In this document: one piece after another, positions 10,943-22,232 of the stretch | Layout: each line of letters begins with the position of its first letter | Numbering within the stretch: the first letter of the stretch is position 1 | NCBI GenBank assembly: GCA_016207445.1 | Contig: JACQPS010000270.1 | Span: 1-44,006, forward strand | Length of the DNA stretch: 44,006 nt | Direction: 5' to 3' | From: Gemmatimonadota bacterium | GTDB lineage: Bacteria > Gemmatimonadota > Gemmatimonadetes > Longimicrobiales > RSA9 | Program-made: the position numbers and the translations under genes | Notes under the pieces: model-generated | Told to the model about the DNA's origin: nothing | Database searches by the model: none | The model's input: the letters and a program-made list of their open reading frames with translations, nothing else

Positions 10943-11443
10943 ATGGAGCTGGAGCGCATCCGGGAGATGTTCGAGTACAATCGCTGGGCGAACGAGCGCA
11001 TGCTCGAGGCGGCCGCGACGCTGACGCCGGAGCAGCTCACCCGCGACCTGCGGAACAGCTTTCCCTCCGTCCGCGACACGCTCGCTCATATCGTCGGCGC
11101 GGAGTGGGTCTGGCTCATGCGCTGGCAGGGGACGTCGCCGCAGAAGCTGCCGGACCCGGATGGCTTTGCCACGGTGGCATCGCTGCGCGTCCGTCACGAC
11201 GAGATCGTGCGCGACCGGCAGGAGCTGCTCGACGCGCTGACGGAGGCTGAGCTCGAGCGGGTGATCTCGTACCGCAACTTCAAGGGCGAGCCGTTCGCGT
11301 ATCCGCTCTGGCAGCTACTGCGGCACGTGATCAACCACTCGAGCTACCATCGCGGTCAGATCACGACCCTGCTCCGGCAGCTCGGCGCGCAACCCGTGGG
11401 CACGGACCTGCTGCGCTTCTACGACGCGCGCGCGCCGCGCTGA
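10943..11443 (+). CDS. DinB family (DinB_2-like) metal-dependent protein
   Basis: Start at ATG 10943 after GGAGG. MELERIREMFEYNRWANERMLEAA...LAHIVGAEWVWL...HVINHSSYHRGQI is the typical DinB four-helix-bundle His pattern. Confidence 0.85.
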   Translation: MELERIREMFEYNRWANERMLEAAATLTPEQLTRDLRNSFPSVRDTLAHIVGAEWVWLMRWQGTSPQKLPDPDGFATVASLRVRHDEIVRDRQELLDALTEAELERVISYRNFKGEPFAYPLWQLLRHVINHSSYHRGQITTLLRQLGAQPVGTDLLRFYDARAPR

Positions 11444-11455
11444 TCGTAAGCGAAT

Positions 11456-11478
11456 TTCACCGCGCCCTTTGCGGTGAA
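11456..11478. terminator. Minimal family-2 hairpin (8-bp stem TTCACCGC/GCGGTGAA, 7-nt loop) just after the DinB stop
   Basis: ttcaccgc-gcccttt-gcggtgaa, 13 nt after the TGA at 11441-11443. Confidence 0.55.
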
Positions 11479-11568
11479 CTATTCCATCCTGACCCTCGAC
11501 TTGCCCAAGTTCTTGCCCCAGGCTAGGTTTCCACGCTTTTCGACAACTCGAGCCAAGGGAGTCCTGCC

Positions 11569-12966
11569 ATGCAGCTACGAGCGTCCTGGGGGGCGCTGGC
11601 GGCGCTGGTCCTGGCGGGGTGCGCCCGCGCCGCACCGCAGCCGCCGGCGCCCCGGCCGGAACCGGCCGCGGCGGCCGAGCCTTTCGCCTCCACCTACCGC
11701 CCGCTTCCGTCGCAGCCCACGCTGATCCACAACGCCACGATCCTGACCGCCGTCGGTCCCCGGCTGGAGAACGCTTCGATCCTGCTGCGCGACGGTAAGA
11801 TCGTCGCGGTGGGCCAGGACGTAACGGCGCCGGCGGACGCAGTCGTGATCGACGCGGCCGGCAAATGGGTGACGCCGGGCGTGATCGACACGCACTCCCA
11901 TCTGGGGGTCTATGCCGCGCCGGGCGGCGCCGCGCTCTCGGATGGCAACGAGGCGACCGAGCCGAACACGGCCGAGGTCTGGGCCGAGCACTCGGTCTGG
12001 CCCCAGGACCCGCAGTTCGGCCTCGCGCTCGCCGGCGGCGTGACCAGCATGCAGATCCTGCCCGGCTCGGCCAACCTGTTCGGCGGCCGCGCCGTGACCG
12101 TCAAGAACGTGCCGTCCCGCACGGTGCAGGGGATGAAGTTTCCGGGCGCGCCGCACGGACTGAAGATGGCGTGTGGCGAGAACCCGAAGCGCGTCTACGG
12201 CAACCGCGGCAAGACGCCATCCACGCGCATGGGCAACGTGGCCGGCTACCGCGCCGCCTGGGCGCGCGCGCAGGAGTACGAGCAGGAGTGGCAGCGGTCC
12301 TCGACCGGCCGCAACGGTGATGAGCGCCCCCATCGCGATCTCGAGCTCGAGACCCTGGTCGGCGTCCTCAACGGCAAGATCCTGGTCCAGAATCACTGCT
12401 ACCGGGCCGATGAGATGGCGATCATGATCGACATCGCCCGGGAGTTCGGCTACCGGATCTCCTCCTTCCACCACGCGGTCGAAGCGTACAAGATCGCCGA
12501 CCTGCTCGCGGATAACGGCATCTGCGCCAGCATGTGGGCCGACTGGTGGGGCTTCAAGATCGAGGCCTACGACGGCGTGAAGCAGAACATCGCGCTGGTG
12601 CATGCCGCCGGCGGCTGTGCCATCGTGCACTCCGACTCGCCCGAGGGCATCCAGCGGCTGAATCAGGAGGCGGCCAAGGCGATGGCGGCGGCGAACCAGG
12701 AGGGGATGAACATCACGCGGGAGGATGCGATCCGCTGGATCACCCTCAACCCGGCGAAGGCGATCGGGATCGACCAGTGGACCGGCTCACTCGAGCCGGG
12801 CAAGATGGCGGACGTCGTCATCTGGTCGGGCGATCCCTTCAGCGTCTACAGCAAGGCCGAAAAGGTGTTTGTGGACGGCGCGCTGCTGTACGACCGCCAC
12901 GATCCGCGGCGCCAGCCCAAGAGCGATTTCGAGCTGGGCCTTCTGCCGAAGGAGGTGGCATCGTGA
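11569..12966 (+). CDS. Amidohydrolase family protein (metal-dependent, secreted/lipoprotein)
   Basis: Signal/lipobox VLAGCA; HxH metal motif in GVIDTHSHLG; amidohydrolase-like C-terminus (GSLEPGKMADVVIW). AAGGGAG RBS. Confidence 0.85.
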   Translation: MQLRASWGALAALVLAGCARAAPQPPAPRPEPAAAAEPFASTYRPLPSQPTLIHNATILTAVGPRLENASILLRDGKIVAVGQDVTAPADAVVIDAAGKWVTPGVIDTHSHLGVYAAPGGAALSDGNEATEPNTAEVWAEHSVWPQDPQFGLALAGGVTSMQILPGSANLFGGRAVTVKNVPSRTVQGMKFPGAPHGLKMACGENPKRVYGNRGKTPSTRMGNVAGYRAAWARAQEYEQEWQRSSTGRNGDERPHRDLELETLVGVLNGKILVQNHCYRADEMAIMIDIAREFGYRISSFHHAVEAYKIADLLADNGICASMWADWWGFKIEAYDGVKQNIALVHAAGGCAIVHSDSPEGIQRLNQEAAKAMAAANQEGMNITREDAIRWITLNPAKAIGIDQWTGSLEPGKMADVVIWSGDPFSVYSKAEKVFVDGALLYDRHDPRRQPKSDFELGLLPKEVAS

Positions 12967-14228
12967 GGATCGTGCGCCTCTTCAGCGCGGCGCTGCTCGC
13001 CGCCGCCGCGCCGGCCGCGGCACAGACGGTGGCCATTACGAACGCGAAGCTCTACACCGGCACGGGGACCGTCATCGACGGCGGAACCGTCGTCTTCCGC
13101 GACGGCAGGATCACGGCCGTCGGCGCCGTGGGGGTCCCGGCCGGCGCCCGCGTGATCGACGCGGCCGGCAAGGTGGTCACGCCGGGCTTCCTGGATTCCT
13201 CCACGCAGGTGGGCGTGGTCGAGATCGGGCAGTACGAGGAGACACGCGACGAGGCCACCGCAGACGACCGGATCACGGCCGCGTTCAATGTGGCGGATGG
13301 GATCAACCCCCGCTCCACGCTCATCCCCGTCACGCGCGTGGAGGGGATCACGCGCGTGGTGGTGGCGCCGGGCTCGGGATCGTCGCTCATCGCGGGGCAG
13401 GGCGTACTGATGGACCTGAGCGGCGACCCGCTGTCCGTCACACTGCACCGGAACCCCGTCGCGATGTTCGCGGTGCTGGGCGAGACGGGCGCGGCCCTGG
13501 CGGGGGGCGCGCGCAGCGCGGCACTGCTGCGCCTGCGCGAGGCGCTGCAGGACGCCCGTGACTACCTGGCCAACCGCGAGGCGTTCGAGACCAACCGCCG
13601 CCGCGACTACGCCATCAGCCGGCTCGACCTCGAGGCGCTGGCGCCGCTCGTCCGGGGCGAGCTGCCCCTGGCCGTGCGCGCGGACCGCGCGTCCGACCTG
13701 CTCGCCGCCGCACGGTTCGCTCAGGAGTCCGGCGTCCGGATCGTACTGCTCGGCGCCGCCGAAGGCTGGATGGTGGCCGGCGAGCTCGCGCGCGCCGGCG
13801 TCGCCGTGGTGATCAATCCCATGCAGAACCTGCCCGGCTTCGACAACCTGGGCGCGACGCTGGAGAACGCGGCGCGGCTGCACGCCGCCGGCGTCACGGT
13901 CGCGTTCGCGACCTTCGACGCGCACAACTCGCGCAACCTGAAGCAGGCGGCGGGGAACGCGGTCGCGTACGGCATGCCATGGGAAGCGGCGCTGCGCGCC
14001 GTGACGGCGACGCCCGCCCGCATCTGGGGCGTGGCCGATCGCTTCGGCACGATCGAGGTGGGCAAGGACGCCGATCTCGTCGTCTGGTCGGGCGACCCCT
14101 TCGAGCTCTCGACCGCAGTCGAGCACGTTTTCATCCGCGGGCGTGAGATGCCGAAAGACAACCGCCAGCGGGAGCTCTTCCAGCGCTACCGTGCGCGCGA
14201 GGCGCTGCCGCAAGCGTACGACCATTAA
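12963..14228 (+). CDS. Amidohydrolase family paralogue lacking the HxH motif, translationally coupled to the upstream gene
   Basis: GTG 12963 overlaps TGA 12964-12966 (GTGA). Signal peptide. TPGFLDSSTQVG sits where HxH is expected. C-terminus GTIEVGKDADLVVWSGDPF. Confidence 0.8.
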   Translation: MRIVRLFSAALLAAAAPAAAQTVAITNAKLYTGTGTVIDGGTVVFRDGRITAVGAVGVPAGARVIDAAGKVVTPGFLDSSTQVGVVEIGQYEETRDEATADDRITAAFNVADGINPRSTLIPVTRVEGITRVVVAPGSGSSLIAGQGVLMDLSGDPLSVTLHRNPVAMFAVLGETGAALAGGARSAALLRLREALQDARDYLANREAFETNRRRDYAISRLDLEALAPLVRGELPLAVRADRASDLLAAARFAQESGVRIVLLGAAEGWMVAGELARAGVAVVINPMQNLPGFDNLGATLENAARLHAAGVTVAFATFDAHNSRNLKQAAGNAVAYGMPWEAALRAVTATPARIWGVADRFGTIEVGKDADLVVWSGDPFELSTAVEHVFIRGREMPKDNRQRELFQRYRAREALPQAYDH

Positions 14229-14232
14229 CGAC

Positions 14233-14310
14233 GGTCGACAGTCGACAGTTTACAGTTGACAGTGCCGCTACCGTCAGCCGGTTTACTGTGAACTGTAAAC
14301 TGCAAACTGC
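14233..14310. repeat. Family-1 heptad hairpin repeat after the amidohydrolase operon
   Basis: gtcgac-a-gtcgac-a-gtttac-a-gttgac-a-gtg ... tactgtgaactgtaaactgcaaactgc. Confidence 0.85.
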
Positions 14311-14340
14311 TTGTCCGCGAACCCGACAGGAGCGACGAAC

Positions 14341-14709
14341 ATGAAGAAGGCGAGTGCAATCCTGGCACTGGCGGCGCTCGCAGCCGCGTGCGCCAGCGCA
14401 CCCAAGCTGGCGCCGAAGGCGGGCCCGGAGCAGGTCCAGCTCTTCGATCCGGAGGTCGGCCAGTTCCCGGAGCCAGGCTACAAGACCATCGGCCCGGTAA
14501 AGGCTCGGGTGCCCCTGGGCACGCCCCAGGCCGAGCTGCTCCTCGCCCTGCGGGCGGAGGCCGCGAAGCTGGGGGCGGACGCCGTCGTCGTCCAGAAGAT
14601 CCGCCGCAGCACGGAGGGCGAGACCGGCCTCAGCATGGAGCGGGAAGAGATGATGATCGCCGAAGGCCTAGCCATCTACTGGCCGGCCCCGTCGCAGCCC
14701 AAGCCGTAG
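14341..14709 (+). CDS. Hypothetical lipoprotein
   Basis: ATG 14341 after AGGAG. MKKASAILALAALAAACASAPK lipobox. GC-rich third positions. Confidence 0.7.
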   Translation: MKKASAILALAALAAACASAPKLAPKAGPEQVQLFDPEVGQFPEPGYKTIGPVKARVPLGTPQAELLLALRAEAAKLGADAVVVQKIRRSTEGETGLSMEREEMMIAEGLAIYWPAPSQPKP

Positions 14710-14833
14710 TCGGTTCCGGGGGCCGGGAGGCCGGGCGGTGCTGCCCGCCTCGCGCGGGCGCACGCGCACGCGTGCGTATTTACCAGAGAACGGACCCCCG
14801 CCTTCGGGGTAGGATGGGGGACCCGTAGCGGAC

Positions 14834-14864
14834 GGAAGCGCCCTCGCGCCGGGAGGGCGCTTCC
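14834..14864 (+). promoter_or_regulatory. Perfect 11-bp stem hairpin in the gyrA upstream/leader region
   Basis: ggaagcgccct-cgcgccggg-agggcgcttcc. A 12-bp palindrome CGCACGCGTGCG also lies near 14764-14775. Confidence 0.35.
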
Positions 14865-14896
14865 GCATTAGACCCCTGGCCAGGAACGTGATGCCA

Positions 14897-17446
<2,550 letters not shown>

Positions 17447-17460
17447 TTTGGGGTTTTCGC

Positions 17461-18423
17461 ATGCCTGATCTGGTAACCCCGCAAAGCATCCAGGACGCCG
17501 CGCAACGGCTGCGCGGCGTCGCCATTCGTACGCCGCTCTTACCCGCGCACTGGCTGCAGCAGGAGCTGGTGGGCGAGATACGCCTGAAGTGCGAGAACCT
17601 GCAGCGCGCGGGCGCCTTCAAGATTCGCGGCGCCTACACGATGCTATCGCGCCTGCCGGAGGAGGCGAGGCGCCGCGGCGTCATCACCTACTCCTCCGGC
17701 AACCACGGGCAGGCCATGGCGCTGGCGGGCCGGCTCTTCGGCGTGCCTGCGGTCGTGGTCATGCCGACCACGGCGCCGGCCGTGAAGGTGGAGGGCGTGC
17801 GGCGGCTGGGCGCCGAGATCGTATTCGAGGGGACGACGTCGCTCGAGCGGCAGGCGCGCGCAGAAGCGATCGCGACAGAGCGTGGGCTCACGATCGTGCC
17901 CCCGTTCGATCACCCGGACATCATCGCGGGGCAGGGCACCGTGGGGCTCGAGATCCTCGAGGACTGGCCCGAGGTGGATGGGGTCCTGGTCCCGATCGGC
18001 GGCGGCGGGCTGATCAGCGGCGTCGCGGCATGGCTGAAGCGGGCGCGCCCGCAGTGCGCGCTCATCGGCGTGGAGCCGGCCGCCGCAGACGCGATGCGCC
18101 GGTCGCTCGCGGCTGGAAAGCCGGTCACCATCCCGGCGGCTCCCACGATCGCGGACGGTCTTGCGCCGGTCCGGCCGGGCGATCTCACCTTTGCGCACGC
18201 GCGTGCGCTCGTAGATGAGGTAGTGACGGTCGAGGATGCCGAGATCGCCGCGGCCACGAGGCGGCTCTTGTGGGACGGCAAGCTCGTGTGCGAGCCATCC
18301 GGTGCGGCGACGCTGGCCGCGCTGCTGAGCCGGGCGTGGTGGCCTCGCGGGCGCAGGAGCGTCGCGGTGCTTTCGGGCGGGAATCTCGATTCGAACCGGC
18401 TGGCCGAACTCACCGCGGCGTGA
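17461..18423 (+). CDS. PLP-dependent threonine/serine ammonia-lyase (short form, no ACT domain)
   Basis: CENLQRAGAFKIRGAY (PLP lysine), SSGNHGQA, GGGGLISG motifs. Confidence 0.88.
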   Translation: MPDLVTPQSIQDAAQRLRGVAIRTPLLPAHWLQQELVGEIRLKCENLQRAGAFKIRGAYTMLSRLPEEARRRGVITYSSGNHGQAMALAGRLFGVPAVVVMPTTAPAVKVEGVRRLGAEIVFEGTTSLERQARAEAIATERGLTIVPPFDHPDIIAGQGTVGLEILEDWPEVDGVLVPIGGGGLISGVAAWLKRARPQCALIGVEPAAADAMRRSLAAGKPVTIPAAPTIADGLAPVRPGDLTFAHARALVDEVVTVEDAEIAAATRRLLWDGKLVCEPSGAATLAALLSRAWWPRGRRSVAVLSGGNLDSNRLAELTAA

Positions 18424-18515
18424 GTCGGCCGGCGGCGTTCCCGCCATTGCCCCGCCCGAGGCGCGGGCACTATCTTTTCAGCGGATCCCCCGGCCCACCC
18501 GCCGCAACGTCATTT

Positions 18516-18606
18516 TTCATCGCCAAGCGCGCAAAGACCGCGAAGAACAAAGTTGTAAGAATCTTGTCCATCCTTTCTCTGCGGTCCTTGCGTCCCTTGC
18601 GGTGAA
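18516..18606. repeat. Family-2 element (91 bp) upstream of the GGDEF-STAND gene
   Basis: ttcatcgccaagcgcgcaaagaccgcgaagaacaaag ... cctttctctgcggtccttgcgtcccttgcggtgaa. Confidence 0.75.
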
Positions 18607-18625
18607 TCGGCTAGCCGACTGATCC

Positions 18626-21600
18626 ATGGCCCCCGAGAGCACGACCCGCGATCTCGCGACCCCGACGTTCTCCAAGGCGGACCTCGCCGTCCGATTGGAG
18701 GAGGAGGTCGAGCGCGCGCTGCTGGAGGGCTACCCCCTCTCGTTCCTGATCGTCGACCTCGACCACTTCAAGAGCATCAACGACGCGTTCGGGCACGGGC
18801 GTGGGGACGAGGTGCTGCAGGAGTTCGTGCAGCGCGTCCACAAGACGATGCGCAGTACGGACCTGCTGTTTCGCTTCGGCGGCGACGAGTTCGTGCTGCT
18901 CGCGCCCAACACGTCGCTGGTGCAGGGCGGCATGCTCGGACGCCGCGTGCTGGAGGCCGTCCGTGCGACCCCGTTCGAGGGCACGCCGCCCGTCTCGCTG
19001 GCGCTCAGCATCGGCGTAGCGAGCCTGCCGGAGGACGCCCAGACGGGCGGTGAGCTGTTCCAGCGGGCGGACCGGCGCCTGTACGAAGCGAAGCGCCGCG
19101 GCCGCGGGCGTGTGGCCTGGGACGACCACGCCGCGCCCGAGCCACTGGCATTCGATCGCGGTGCCCGCATGATCGAGTGCGACGAGGACCTGGAGACGGT
19201 GCGTGCATTCCTCCAGGGTGTGCTGGAGAAAGGCAAAGGCGCACTCGACGTACGCGGTGCCCCCGGCTCCGGTCGCTCCCGCTTCCTGGTGGAGACGAAG
19301 AGCCTGGCGCGGCTGCTCGGATACGAGATCCTGGAGGTCTCGGGCGAGCCGACGCTGCGCGGGCGCGCGTTCGCCACGCTGAGCCGCGGCCGGACGGGCT
19401 TCGAGGGTGGGATCCCGCGCACAGCCGAGCAGCTGGTGACGGCGCTTCGCGACGAGCTCGAGCGCAAGGCGAAGCCGGGCGTGCTGATCGCGCTCGACGA
19501 CCTCCCCTTCTTCGACCAGGAAACCATCGAGCTCATGACGGCTGCGTTCGCGGCGCCCGAGCTGCCCGTGGTCGCCCTGGCCTACGTCACCGATGGCCAG
19601 ACGCATCCCGTGCTGCCCTCGTCCGAGGGCACATGTGATGCCACTATCGAGCTCACGGGGTTGAGCCCGGCCGGCGTGCGGACGTGGCTGCGCGAAGTGC
19701 TGCGCTGGGAGCCGCCCGAGTCATTCGTCGACTGGCTGCATGCCGAGACGGACGGCTTGCCCGCGCGCGTGCGCGATGGCCTGCTTTACCTCACGGAGAA
19801 GTCGCTGCTGCGCCGCGAGGACGAGGGTTGGATCTTCCCCGATCCACCGCTCACCACGCCGCTGCGCGAGCAGCTGCGTTTCCGCTCCACCGTGCCGCCG
19901 CACAACCTGCCGAAGGTCGAGTCCAGCATTCTGGGCCGGGAGCGGGAGATCAACGAAGCCAAGCGCCTCTTGCGCGCCGGCCGTCTCGTCTCGCTGCTCG
20001 GGCCCGGCGGGATGGGAAAAACCAGGCTCGCGCTCCAGGTCGCGTGGGAGCAGCTGCGGCTCTTCCCGGACGGCTGCTTCTTCGTCGGCCTGGCGGCGAT
20101 CGATTCGCCCGAGCTGCTCGTGCCCACTATCGCGGAAAGCATCCACTTCGAGTTCGCGGGCAGCGCGGACCCGCAGACGCAGCTCTTCGACCATCTGCGC
20201 GGCAAGCGCATGATGCTCGTGACGGACAACTTCGATCACCTGGTCCAGGGCGCGGAGCTGCTGCCCGAGCTGATGGCGTGCTCCTCCGACCTGCGGGTGC
20301 TCGTCACCTCGCGCGAGCGGCTCAATGTGCGGGGCGAGGCGATCCTCGAGTTGCAGGGGCTGTCGGCGGACGCGACGGAGGGAACGACGTCGGCTGCGGC
20401 GCAGCTCTTCCTGAACCGCGCGCGCGCGAGCGTCCCCGGCTACACGCCCTCGGCGGCGGACGGCGCGCAGATCCAGCGTATTTGCCGGCAGGTGGATGGT
20501 TTGCCGCTCGCGATCGAGATCGCGGCGGCGCTGGTGCGCGTGCTCACGTGCGTGGAGATCGCCGCGGAGATCGGCCGCAGCTTCGACGCACTGGTCGCCC
20601 GTCGGCGCGACATGCCGGAGCGACACCGCAGCCTGCGGGCGGTCTTCGACTATTCCTGGAACCTGCTCACGGCGCACGAGCAGACGGCGCTGCGCCGGGT
20701 CTCGGCGTTCCGCGGTGGCTTCCGCGCCGAGGCCGGCCGGCGCGTGGCCGGGCTGTCCGTGCCCGCACTCGCGGCGCTACTCGACAAGTCGTTGTTGCGC
20801 CGCGGCGCCTCGGGCCGCTACGAGCTGCACGGCGTCATCCGCCAGTACGCGGCCGAACGGTTGGGGGCGGACGCCGCCGAGCGCGAGATGGTGGAGCGGC
20901 TCCATTGCGAGTATTTCGCCGACTTCCTCCAGGGCCGCGCGGACCGGCTGCGAGGCCGCGGCCAGCAGCAGGCCCTGGAGGAGATCGGCGCCGAGATCGA
21001 CGATGTGCGAGCCGGCTGGCAGTGGGCGGTCGAGCACGGGGAGGAGCAGCTGATCGAGCGGCTCCTGCCCGCGCTGCACCTGTTCTACGAGCGCCGCGCC
21101 TGGTACCGGGAGGGAGAAGAGTTGCTCGGCTGGGCAGCACGCAAGCTGGGCCGACAGTCCCGGCTCGCGGCGCGCGTGCTCGCGCGGCAAGCGCACTTCT
21201 GCCTGCGGCTGGCACAGTTCACCAAAGCGCGGCGGCTCACCAAGGCCAGCCTGCGCATCCTGCGCGAGTTCGGTCACGATACCGACACGGCATTCGCGCT
21301 CTGGCTGCTCGGCGGCATCGCGCTCAAGACGGGGCAGTACGAGCGCGCGGGCAAGCTCTACCTGCGCTCGGAGCAAATCTACCGCCAGAGCCATTCGCCC
21401 CTCGATCTGGCCGATTGCCTGAACGATCGCGGCTCGGTGGCCATGGCGCAGGGACAGTACGAGCTCGCCGAGCAGCTGTTCCGGCGCAGCCTGCGCATCC
21501 GCCGGCTGGTGGGCAACCAGGCGGGCGTGGTCATGTGCCTCACCAATCTGGGTGTGCTGGCGGACGCACTCGGCAAGGCGGAGGAGGCACAGCGGCTGTT

Positions 21601-22177
21601 CGAGGAAAGCCTGCGCCGCTCGCGCGAGCTGGGCGATTTCCGCAACACGGCCATCGGCCTGGTCAACCTGGGCGCGTTCACCCTCAGCATGGCGAAGCGT
21701 GAGCGCTCGACGCGGCTGCTGCGCCAGGCGCGGGAGCTGCTGGAGCAGAGTCTGGCGATGTTCCGCGAGGTCGGCGACCGCACGGCCACGGTGATCGTGC
21801 TTCACAACCTGGGTGACCTGGCCCGGGAAGAAGGGCTATCGGAAGACGCGCTCGGCTACTATCGCGAGGCGACGACCCTGGCGGCCGAGACCAACGCGCT
21901 GCCGTTGCAGGCACGGGTCGCCGTGGGCTTGGGGCGGCTTCTGGTCGCGTTGGGTCGAACGGCCGAGGGACTCCGCCTGCTCGCCTGCGTCTGCGAGCAC
22001 CCGGCCACGGACCAGTCCGATCGCGAGGAGGCGAAGCAGGCGATCGCCGACCTGCGCGCGAAGCTGCCGGATGATCTCTTCAGCCTCGCGGAAGATGCCG
22101 GCCAGCGCGCCCGGCTCGAGGATCTGCTGCTGGAAACGCTCACGTCCACCCCCGTGTTCGCGAACGCGCCCGCCTGA
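18626..22177 (+). CDS. GGDEF diguanylate cyclase fused to two tandem STAND-type P-loop NTPase modules and a TPR array (1183 aa)
   Basis: GGDEF domain (DLDHFKSINDAFGHGRGD, RSTD-x5-GGDEF). Module 1: GAPGSGRS, VLIALDD, TDGLP (AAA_16-like). Module 2: GPGGMGKT, LVTDNFDHL, RVLVTSRE (NB-ARC/AfsR-like). About 350 aa of TPR-like repeats follow. Confidence 0.9.
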   Translation: MAPESTTRDLATPTFSKADLAVRLEEEVERALLEGYPLSFLIVDLDHFKSINDAFGHGRGDEVLQEFVQRVHKTMRSTDLLFRFGGDEFVLLAPNTSLVQGGMLGRRVLEAVRATPFEGTPPVSLALSIGVASLPEDAQTGGELFQRADRRLYEAKRRGRGRVAWDDHAAPEPLAFDRGARMIECDEDLETVRAFLQGVLEKGKGALDVRGAPGSGRSRFLVETKSLARLLGYEILEVSGEPTLRGRAFATLSRGRTGFEGGIPRTAEQLVTALRDELERKAKPGVLIALDDLPFFDQETIELMTAAFAAPELPVVALAYVTDGQTHPVLPSSEGTCDATIELTGLSPAGVRTWLREVLRWEPPESFVDWLHAETDGLPARVRDGLLYLTEKSLLRREDEGWIFPDPPLTTPLREQLRFRSTVPPHNLPKVESSILGREREINEAKRLLRAGRLVSLLGPGGMGKTRLALQVAWEQLRLFPDGCFFVGLAAIDSPELLVPTIAESIHFEFAGSADPQTQLFDHLRGKRMMLVTDNFDHLVQGAELLPELMACSSDLRVLVTSRERLNVRGEAILELQGLSADATEGTTSAAAQLFLNRARASVPGYTPSAADGAQIQRICRQVDGLPLAIEIAAALVRVLTCVEIAAEIGRSFDALVARRRDMPERHRSLRAVFDYSWNLLTAHEQTALRRVSAFRGGFRAEAGRRVAGLSVPALAALLDKSLLRRGASGRYELHGVIRQYAAERLGADAAEREMVERLHCEYFADFLQGRADRLRGRGQQQALEEIGAEIDDVRAGWQWAVEHGEEQLIERLLPALHLFYERRAWYREGEELLGWAARKLGRQSRLAARVLARQAHFCLRLAQFTKARRLTKASLRILREFGHDTDTAFALWLLGGIALKTGQYERAGKLYLRSEQIYRQSHSPLDLADCLNDRGSVAMAQGQYELAEQLFRRSLRIRRLVGNQAGVVMCLTNLGVLADALGKAEEAQRLFEESLRRSRELGDFRNTAIGLVNLGAFTLSMAKRERSTRLLRQARELLEQSLAMFREVGDRTATVIVLHNLGDLAREEGLSEDALGYYREATTLAAETNALPLQARVAVGLGRLLVALGRTAEGLRLLACVCEHPATDQSDREEAKQAIADLRAKLPDDLFSLAEDAGQRARLEDLLLETLTSTPVFANAPA
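18851..18892 (+). other. I-site (RSTD) and GGDEF active-site motif
   Basis: cgc agt acg gac = RSTD at 18851-18862. ggc ggc gac gag ttc = GGDEF at 18878-18892. Five residues lie between them, the canonical spacing. Confidence 0.85.
19256..19279 (+). other. Degenerate Walker A of NTPase module 1 (GAPGSGRS, Arg in place of Lys)
   Basis: ggt gcc ccc ggc tcc ggt cgc tcc read directly. Confidence 0.8.
20000..20023 (+). other. Canonical Walker A of NTPase module 2 (GPGGMGKT)
   Basis: ggg ccc ggc ggg atg gga aaa acc read directly. Confidence 0.85.
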
Positions 22178-22214
22178 TCGTTCCTTCCTTCCGATCCTCA
22201 CCTCCAGCAGTGAT

Positions 22215-22232
22215 TTCACCGCACAGACCGCC
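22215..22232. repeat. Orphan left end of a family-2 element (TTCACCGCACAGACCGCC), no partner arm
   Basis: gatttcaccgcacagaccgcc lies between the STAND stop and the next gene. No GCGGTGAA arm nearby in the spacer. Confidence 0.5.

Noticed and set aside
18375-18400. tRNA-like T-arm string (gattcgaaccgg)
   Set aside because: It lies inside the threonine dehydratase coding frame, with no acceptor or anticodon arms around it.
19684-21805. Alternative-frame ORFs inside the STAND gene (19684-21702 plus, 19721-20677 and 20777-21805 minus)
   Set aside because: Arg/Ala/Gly/Pro-rich low-complexity translations. The 18626-22177 frame carries coherent GGDEF, P-loop and TPR motifs.
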